Shown here piece by piece: positions 6,673-12,873 of a stretch of 29,087 nucleotides of DNA. The DNA is from a virus (Duplodnaviria > Caudoviricetes). The stretch covers positions 1 through 29,087 of the IMG/VR virus record IMGVR_UViG_3300006924_000113, one strand, 5' to 3'. Each line of letters begins with the position of its first letter. Position 1 is the first letter of the stretch. The notes beneath the pieces were generated by a model. It ran no database searches. It saw nothing but the letters and a program-made list of their open reading frames with translations, and was not told where the DNA came from. The translations under genes were made by a program, and so were the position numbers.

Positions 6673-7113
6673 ATGAGAGTAATTAAAACAAAAGTTTATC
6701 AGATACACGAACACCCAGGCAAAGAACTATGCTTTAAATGGATCAGAGAAAATTTTCACGACTTGAATGAATTTTCAGTGTACGAGTTAGTTGATAGTAT
6801 AAAAAAATTAAGCCAGGAAATAGGCGGAAGAAACGATTATTCAATCAGCCAAAGCCCATGCCGAGGCGAGTACATAAAGTTTAGTGAGTACGATCAATTG
6901 GCCTTGGATAGCCTGGAAGCGGATAAGTGTGAATTAACAGGTACATTTTGGGATCAAGAAATAATTGAAGGATTGAAAAACAATTCTCTAAATAATGTAT
7001 TGAAACAATTACACCAGGAGACTGAATATGTTTATTCTGATGAAGGTTTAACGGATCTTTGTGAGGCTAATGAATATGAATTTACAGAAAACGGATCATT
7101 AATATATAATTAA
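6673..7113 (+). CDS. Conserved phage protein resembling the family often auto-annotated 'antitoxin of toxin-antitoxin stability system'; function unverified
   Basis: N-terminal MRVIKTKVY and C-terminal EYVYSDEG..DLCEANEYEFTENG patterns recalled from that family; start moved to the ATG at 6673. Confidence 0.65.
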   Translation: MRVIKTKVYQIHEHPGKELCFKWIRENFHDLNEFSVYELVDSIKKLSQEIGGRNDYSISQSPCRGEYIKFSEYDQLALDSLEADKCELTGTFWDQEIIEGLKNNSLNNVLKQLHQETEYVYSDEGLTDLCEANEYEFTENGSLIYN

Positions 7114-7118
7114 AAGTT

Positions 7119-7400
7119 ATGAGCAAAAACGAAACCATTAAATTTTTAGGCCACAGAATTGAGGCAATGCAAGGAGAGATAAATAAACTTTCCAGGAGTA
7201 AAGAAAAGGATACCATTAACATAGAGTATGCTGATATAAGGGAAGACTTAATACAATTCTATGAACTTGATGTTGATAATTGTAGAATGAGTAACCTGGA
7301 TTGGATCAGAGAGATAGCCTTGTTAATATGTACAAATCATTATAAGTATCAAATATTATCAGAAGTAGAGCAGTATAAAGCAATAAGAAAAAATTTATAA
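7119..7400 (+). CDS. Early hypothetical protein (93 aa)
   Basis: Packed ORF. Confidence 0.8.
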   Translation: MSKNETIKFLGHRIEAMQGEINKLSRSKEKDTINIEYADIREDLIQFYELDVDNCRMSNLDWIREIALLICTNHYKYQILSEVEQYKAIRKNL

Positions 7401-7402
7401 TT

Positions 7403-7804
7403 ATGAGCGAGCAAGAACAAGAAAAAATAGTAAGCCTGGAAGCAGATAGGTTATTAAGAAACGCATTAGATAAAAAAGCATTTGCGGAAAAATTGAAAGT
7501 AAGAAGCGTAAGGTATTTTAATACTCGAAGAGGCCTTGGATATGAAGCGCAAACAAATCAAATGAATGTTGTTATATGGAATGACGGAAACGGAGGCGGT
7601 ACGTATATCGCTCCATATTATCCATATACAAAAGATTGTAGCGACATAATGGAAAACGAGGCCTATTTAGAAGGCTTAATTGATCAGTACGAAGGAATAA
7701 CCCTGGAGGATAAAGAAAGAATAATTGAAGATCACACAGAAAAATTATTATTCCAGGAAAGATTTAACGGAGAGAACAACACAGAACATTTAAAACCATA
7801 TTAA
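7403..7804 (+). CDS. Early hypothetical protein (133 aa)
   Basis: Packed ORF with a WNDGNGGGT motif. Confidence 0.8.
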   Translation: MSEQEQEKIVSLEADRLLRNALDKKAFAEKLKVRSVRYFNTRRGLGYEAQTNQMNVVIWNDGNGGGTYIAPYYPYTKDCSDIMENEAYLEGLIDQYEGITLEDKERIIEDHTEKLLFQERFNGENNTEHLKPY

Positions 7805-7826
7805 TTAATAAATAAAATCAAATAAA

Positions 7827-8492
7827 ATGAAACTATTAAAAACACAGAAGCACACAGATTATGTAAGATTTGGGTTTACGTTTAACACCACAAATGGAAA
7901 AGGTTTAGACTTTGAGACTCATGTAAACGGAGGCCTAACAAACCAGGAATTTGGAGAAGTAAAATTCCTGGACATTGAAGATTTAGATTATGATACAAAC
8001 TTTACAATGTTTGGAGAAAAAACTCAATACACAAAATTTAGAGACTTTTACAGAGAATTGTATGGACACGCAAAGTTTGATCAATTAATAAAAAGTATTG
8101 AAGACAGATGCGAAAAAGAAATATTAGACCATTACGAAAATACATTTGAGTATTTGTCTGTAAAACAATTAAGGGATATTCTATGCCATATAATAGGTTA
8201 TGATAAAAAGAAAAATACCTGGAAGGCTGATAAAAATATTACCAACAAACCTGGAGACAATGTAAAAATTACAGACGGAGAAGGCGGTATCTATTGGACA
8301 AGTAATTGGTATGTGAAAAGAGTAATTAAGCGTTTAGCTGATGCTCAAATTAAAAGCGGTAAAAAATTAGGAGACTTTTTTGATGATCCAAAGCAATTAC
8401 CTATAAAGCAATTCATAACAAATAATTGCAAATACCAAGGAGTAGAAATACACGATGTTTTAAATTTAATTGAAAGAACTAAAAAATATTAA
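7827..8492 (+). CDS. Early hypothetical protein (221 aa)
   Basis: Long ORF with A-rich start context. Confidence 0.85.
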   Translation: MKLLKTQKHTDYVRFGFTFNTTNGKGLDFETHVNGGLTNQEFGEVKFLDIEDLDYDTNFTMFGEKTQYTKFRDFYRELYGHAKFDQLIKSIEDRCEKEILDHYENTFEYLSVKQLRDILCHIIGYDKKKNTWKADKNITNKPGDNVKITDGEGGIYWTSNWYVKRVIKRLADAQIKSGKKLGDFFDDPKQLPIKQFITNNCKYQGVEIHDVLNLIERTKKY

Positions 8493-8494
8493 TA

Positions 8495-8788
8495 ATGAAG
8501 GTAAAAATACAAGTAAGACGGATCTACCATAAATTTGCTGAAATTGAAACAGATATTGATGAAAATGAATTTGATCATTATCGAATAGACAATGGTAAAT
8601 ACACAAGTATAGATGAATTTATAATTTATAAGGAAGAGGATTGGATAGACGATCTTGAGCATAAAATGAATGAATCAGAATTTGTTCTTGGAAATGGAAT
8701 AGATGATTTGGAAGGTATGAACGAAGTAGAGTCAGAATCAGAGTATAGGTATGAATGTGAAAAATTAAGAATCGGAGGCCACTTATGA
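8495..8788 (+). CDS. Acidic early hypothetical protein (97 aa)
   Basis: Packed ORF, ATGA overlap with next; about 27 D/E. Confidence 0.8.
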   Translation: MKVKIQVRRIYHKFAEIETDIDENEFDHYRIDNGKYTSIDEFIIYKEEDWIDDLEHKMNESEFVLGNGIDDLEGMNEVESESEYRYECEKLRIGGHL

Positions 8789-9009
8789 AAACAAAAGGAA
8801 CATACTCAATAGTTGAAGATAACTATGAATTAGATATAAATTACGAATTTTATTGGAATGACGGAGATAATGAGTACCCTCCTGAAGCTGATTTAGAAAT
8901 AGAAAATGTAGAATTAAACGGAGTAGATATAACAGACTTTTTTTGGGATTGGGTAAACGATGATCTCAATACCAAGGTATGGGAATACGCTCAAGAAAAT
9001 AAATATTAA
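8785..9009 (+). CDS. Highly acidic, aromatic-rich early protein (74 aa)
   Basis: About 20 D/E versus 4 K; coupled start. Confidence 0.8.
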   Translation: MKTKGTYSIVEDNYELDINYEFYWNDGDNEYPPEADLEIENVELNGVDITDFFWDWVNDDLNTKVWEYAQENKY

Positions 9010-9014
9010 TAATT

Positions 9015-9224
9015 ATGGCATACGCGGAAACACAAAAAGACAGAGACTTTAATAAGATAACCGAACTAATGGGAGATTTTATAGAAGCAACAAACGAGAT
9101 CAACAAAATTAAACCTCAAATATCCTGGTTTAATGACTTTGTAGACTTTGTTCAAGAATATGATAACGGAATTTATAACCAGGCTTGTATATGGGCTGAT
9201 AAAATGCAAAACAATGGGATATAG
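9015..9224 (+). CDS. Early hypothetical protein (69 aa)
   Basis: Packed ORF. Confidence 0.75.
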   Translation: MAYAETQKDRDFNKITELMGDFIEATNEINKIKPQISWFNDFVDFVQEYDNGIYNQACIWADKMQNNGI

Positions 9225-9552
9225 TAGTCAAGTAATAATAGGAATACCAAAAACAGAAAAGGTAAGATTGTTTAAACTTCAAAACTCTGAAAGGCGTTTT
9301 GTTTTTCCAGATTTATTTTCCCTTTTAAAAGAAACAAAAGACGGAATGATGATATACACAAGTATCTTTGATCTGAAATGGTATAGCCCTTATCCAGATG
9401 TAAAAATAATTGAAGATTTTTTATATGATCTCGAAGAGAGAGGCCTGGAGGCTTTTCAAATTTGCATAGGAGAAGACCAGGTTGTTCACTCTGAAATAGG
9501 AAGGTATTACGAACACCTGGAAATAAATTTACAAGTAAATATATACGATTAA
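9214..9552 (+). CDS. Early hypothetical protein (112 aa)
   Basis: Likely start MGYSSQV at 9214 within track ORF 9148..9552. Confidence 0.8.
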   Translation: MGYSSQVIIGIPKTEKVRLFKLQNSERRFVFPDLFSLLKETKDGMMIYTSIFDLKWYSPYPDVKIIEDFLYDLEERGLEAFQICIGEDQVVHSEIGRYYEHLEINLQVNIYD

Positions 9553-9577
9553 ATTAGTATTTATAATTGTTTTACAC

Positions 9578-9585
9578 TATATTTG
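9578..9585 (+). promoter_or_regulatory. Bacteroidota -7 box (TATATTTG) ahead of the middle genes
   Basis: TAnnTTTG in the intergenic gap 32 nt before the ATG at 9618; -33 element weak. Confidence 0.55.
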
Positions 9586-9617
9586 TGAACTAAGTTTAAC
9601 TAAAATTTAATCAAATT

Positions 9618-9806
9618 ATGGACGATACACTACGAATGCTATTTGAGTCATTCAACCCTCAAAACCCACAAGCAAGGAACACCGCTATACACATGGCTAT
9701 GTGTTCAAACATTATTAATAACATTAATGATGATGAAGAAGATCCTTTGGATACAAGCCAGGAGGTTACTACTATGGAAGATGACGATTATCCTTTAGGT
9801 ATTTAG
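9618..9806 (+). CDS. Hypothetical protein with acidic C-terminus (62 aa)
   Basis: ORF after the promoter box. Confidence 0.7.
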   Translation: MDDTLRMLFESFNPQNPQARNTAIHMAMCSNIINNINDDEEDPLDTSQEVTTMEDDDYPLGI

Positions 9807-9808
9807 TT

Positions 9809-9916
9809 ATGGGAAGAGAAGATAAAAATATGAAACTTGTAGCATGGTCATTCATTGGAGCGATCTCTTGCTTAATTGCTATTCAATTATATAAATTTAT
9901 AAAATGGTTAATATGA
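9809..9916 (+). CDS. Small single-pass membrane protein (35 aa; not in the ORF track)
   Basis: MGREDKNMKLVAWSFIGAISCLIAIQLYKFIKWLI; 2 nt after previous stop, ATGA overlap with the next gene. Confidence 0.65.
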   Translation: MGREDKNMKLVAWSFIGAISCLIAIQLYKFIKWLI

Positions 9917-10170
9917 ATTATACAGAAACCAGGACAGACGAACTTCAGTGTACCGAAGATAAAACTATTAAAGTAGACACTCCTTCTTATTATGATGGTA
10001 AAAATAATTACACCGCAATAGATGTTGTGAATAATTTTGATTTGAATTATAATTTAGGAACTGCTTGTACTTATATTTTAAGAGCATACAGAAAACATAA
10101 CACGCCTAATGAAGATCTTCAGAAGGCTATAAATCATTTACAATTTGAATTAAATAAAATTAATCAATAA
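9913..10170 (+). CDS. DUF3310 family protein (T7 gp1.7 nucleotide-kinase-like)
   Basis: 'VDTPSYY...AIDVV...YNLGTACTYILRAYRK...EDLQKAINHL' pattern; start at 9913 by ATGA coupling. Confidence 0.8.
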   Translation: MNYTETRTDELQCTEDKTIKVDTPSYYDGKNNYTAIDVVNNFDLNYNLGTACTYILRAYRKHNTPNEDLQKAINHLQFELNKINQ

Positions 10171-10472
10171 TGAAGAAACAAATATTTGATGACTATGCTA
10201 CTGCGGTAGCAAAAAAGTTTCATCTAACTTTAGATGAAATGTTTACCTCTACAAGACGAGGAGATATAGTAGATGCCAGGCAAATGCTATATTATTTATG
10301 TATGGAAAGACCAATAAGAATATCTTACATACAAAGGTTTTTGGAAACCTATGATTTTAAGGTAACCCATTCAACTATAATACATGGATATAATAAAGCA
10401 AAAGATCTAATAAGTAATGATACCGATGTTAATGATTTAGTCCAGGAGATATTAAAAGATAATAATGTATAA
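10170..10472 (+). CDS. Stand-alone DnaA C-terminal (domain IV) HTH protein
   Basis: 'VAKKFHLTLDEMFTSTRRGDIVDARQMLYYL...HSTIIHG' matches Bac_DnaA_C. Confidence 0.85.
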   Translation: MKKQIFDDYATAVAKKFHLTLDEMFTSTRRGDIVDARQMLYYLCMERPIRISYIQRFLETYDFKVTHSTIIHGYNKAKDLISNDTDVNDLVQEILKDNNV

Positions 10473-10878
10473 TTTAAACCAAGTTTTTATTCAAGCTAAA
10501 TCATGTAGTAATAGCATTCAAGAAGATATGCCTTATGGTGAAAGTGTTTTAAGTAAAGGTATAAAGATTCAAAAGTTTAGTGATAGGATTGAAATATTAG
10601 ATCTAAACAGAAATGGAGATTATTACAAGGTAATTGAAAGTGATCATTATGATTTCTTTTATGAGTATGGTTGGATAATAGGTTGTTTAAAATTAAACAT
10701 TGAAAATTGCTTATTTAAATTAAAACTAATTGAGTCAAAGATAAAGACAGAGGTAAACACTCGAAAGAACGATAAGCATATACAGAACTTAAAAAATAAA
10801 AGAGAAGCCATACTATTAAAGTATGCAAACAAAATAAAAGATTTAAATTTAAAATTAAATACAAATGAGCAAAAATGA
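10465..10878 (+). CDS. Hypothetical protein with coiled-coil-like C-terminus (137 aa)
   Basis: Coupled overlaps on both sides. Confidence 0.75.
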   Translation: MYNLNQVFIQAKSCSNSIQEDMPYGESVLSKGIKIQKFSDRIEILDLNRNGDYYKVIESDHYDFFYEYGWIIGCLKLNIENCLFKLKLIESKIKTEVNTRKNDKHIQNLKNKREAILLKYANKIKDLNLKLNTNEQK

Positions 10879-11485
10879 AAATTACTTTAAAGAATTGGTT
10901 GCAAAAGATGTTTCCAAGCACGTAAAAAAGAAAGGAAATTTTAATTATTTATCCTGGGCAATAGCCTGGAACTATTTAAAACAATCAAACCCAGGAGCGC
11001 AACGTATAGTGTATGAGGCGCAAGAAACAGGTTTGAATTGGTTTTCTGACGGAATGACTGGCTATGTAAAAGTAGGTATAATAGTGAATGATATAGAGCA
11101 TATTGATTATTTACCTATTAAAGATTTTAGGCATAACTCTATTACTGTTGACAAAATAACTTCTATGGACGTTAACACTGCAATTCAAAGAGCAACTGCA
11201 AAAGCTATTGCTATGCATGGCCTTGGTTTAAGTCTTTATGCAAATGAAGATACTTTAATAATTCCAGAGATCCAGGAACATAAAAAGACACAGACCACAA
11301 CAAAACAAAAGACTGAAACTTTAATCACATTAGAGATTGGAGATATGAATTGGGCTAAAGTTTTAACTTACATATCAAAAAATAAAGAATTAGGTTTAGA
11401 GAAGATAGTAAAAAATCTTAAGTCTAAGTATAGTATAAAAGCAGTAGTGAAAAAAGAATTAGCTAAATCCTTTAAAAATGACTAA
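10865..11485 (+). CDS. Single-strand annealing protein, Sak/Rad52-like (DUF1071)
   Basis: 'DVSKHVKKKGNFNYLSWAIAW...YLPIKD.R...DVNTAIQRATAKAIAMHGLGLSLYA.ED' motifs. Confidence 0.88.
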   Translation: MSKNENYFKELVAKDVSKHVKKKGNFNYLSWAIAWNYLKQSNPGAQRIVYEAQETGLNWFSDGMTGYVKVGIIVNDIEHIDYLPIKDFRHNSITVDKITSMDVNTAIQRATAKAIAMHGLGLSLYANEDTLIIPEIQEHKKTQTTTKQKTETLITLEIGDMNWAKVLTYISKNKELGLEKIVKNLKSKYSIKAVVKKELAKSFKND

Positions 11486-12221
11486 AGCAGACATACTTAA
11501 AAACCTGGAAGACGATGCTAAATATTATGGAGATTTTGGTCAGCAATATCTATCAAACTCAGACATAGGAAAGTTATTAAAGAATCCTACTCAGTTTAGA
11601 GTAAGTAATGAATTTACAAAGCCAATGCTTGAAGGTAGATATTTCCACACCAAAATATTAGAGCCACATAAAATAGGAGACTTCCAGGAGGTAGAAGCAT
11701 CAACAAGATCTACTACTAAATATAAAGAGGCTTTGGCTGAATCAAATGAGGAAATGCTTTTGCTTACAAAAGAAAGAGAGCAATTAGATTTTTTATGTAC
11801 TAAGATGACTTCTAATATGGAAATGTTTGATCTTATCTATGAAGAGAATAATGATTACGAAGTTCCAGAAATTCAAAAAATAATGAATTTAGATTGGAAG
11901 GGAAAGGCTGATATCTTAAACCATAAAAGTAATTTAATTATTGACATTAAAACAAGTTCGGATATCGATAAATTTATGTATAGTGCAAAAACCTATAATT
12001 ACGATAGTCAAGCCTACATATATCAAAGGTTATTTGGAAAGCCATTAATATTCCTGGTAATAGATAAAAGGACTGCAAGACTTGGTATATTTGAATGTTC
12101 TCAATCATTTATACAAGGAGGCCAGGAGAAAGTTGAGCAAGCGGTAGAAGTGTATCAAAAATATTTTAGTAATGAAGCGACTGAAGACATACATACATAC
12201 ATACATAGGCAGACTTTATAA
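11478..12221 (+). CDS. PD-(D/E)XK exonuclease, RecE/DUF3799-like
   Basis: 'LSNSDI', 'G.YFH..ILEP', 'KGKAD', 'IIDIKT', 'Y.YDSQAYIY'; adjacent to the annealing protein. Confidence 0.85.
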   Translation: MTKADILKNLEDDAKYYGDFGQQYLSNSDIGKLLKNPTQFRVSNEFTKPMLEGRYFHTKILEPHKIGDFQEVEASTRSTTKYKEALAESNEEMLLLTKEREQLDFLCTKMTSNMEMFDLIYEENNDYEVPEIQKIMNLDWKGKADILNHKSNLIIDIKTSSDIDKFMYSAKTYNYDSQAYIYQRLFGKPLIFLVIDKRTARLGIFECSQSFIQGGQEKVEQAVEVYQKYFSNEATEDIHTYIHRQTL

Positions 12222-12363
12222 AAACCTAAAAAGAACAAAGAAAAATACTATTATATGGATAAAAGTTCCAATGTCTTGTAATAGTGCAGAGCATAAAACT
12301 GAAGTTATGTTATCTGTAATTAGCTATATGGAGCAAACAATTAAAATTAATAAACATGAGTGA
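12172..12363 (+). CDS. Hypothetical protein (63 aa); start uncertain
   Basis: Fills the gap between exonuclease and SSB-like genes; 50-nt overlap upstream. Confidence 0.5.
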   Translation: MKRLKTYIHTYIGRLYKNLKRTKKNTIIWIKVPMSCNSAEHKTEVMLSVISYMEQTIKINKHE

Positions 12364-12634
12364 AGTAAAAGACAAAATTTACGTAGGAAGTGGAAAAGAA
12401 AAATTTGACGGAGACCAGGTAGCAGTATCTGTTTGCTTGTCAGATCTTCCAAAAGATTGGATTTTTGAGTACAACAACAAAAAGTATGTAAAACTTATTG
12501 TACAGAAAAAAAGAGAAACAGATCAATATGGTAAAACACATTATGTAGCCATTGATACATTTAAACCAGAGCAGAAGACAGAGCAGAAGGTTGTAGCTAA
12601 TGCAGTGGACGAAGGAGATGGGCTTCCTTTTTAA
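12356..12634 (+). CDS. Putative single-stranded DNA-binding protein
   Basis: Small beta-rich protein with acidic tail ending DEGDGLPF, typical of SSB C-termini; position in the recombination module. Confidence 0.65.
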   Translation: MSEVKDKIYVGSGKEKFDGDQVAVSVCLSDLPKDWIFEYNNKKYVKLIVQKKRETDQYGKTHYVAIDTFKPEQKTEQKVVANAVDEGDGLPF

Positions 12635-12655
12635 TTAATCCTAACTGAATAAAAT

Positions 12656-12679
12656 AGGGAGTTTACGCTCCCTTTTTTT
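12656..12679 (+). terminator. Intrinsic terminator after the SSB-like gene
   Basis: AGGGAGT-TTAC-GCTCCCT followed by a T tract. Confidence 0.8.
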
Positions 12680-12689
12680 ATCTTTTGTC

Positions 12690-12873
12690 TCGTGTCGAAT
12701 GACAGAAATTTAACTCTACAAAGAGATCTATAGAAAAAAATATAAAACAACTACTTCTTTATCTACATTATTATTATATATTATTGACATTTTCGACATT
12801 AAAATATATAAGTAACTAATAAAGAGATAGTTAAGTAAAATAAAATCAACATAAAATCAACATAAAATGGACA
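12690..12873. repeat. Origin-like intergenic element, copy B, with 11-bp tandem repeats
   Basis: TGTC-GAAT-GACA (12693-12704), AT-rich tract, GACATTTTCGACATT (12786-12800), AAAGAGATAGTTA (12821-12833), TAAAATCAACA x2 plus TAAAATGGACA (12841-12873) overlapping the primase ATG. Confidence 0.75.

Noticed and set aside
4640-12730. GATC and ACGGA enrichment in the early region
   Set aside because: GATC is only slightly above compositional expectation; ACGGA is largely explained by Asp/Asn-Gly codon pairs; not convincing without computation
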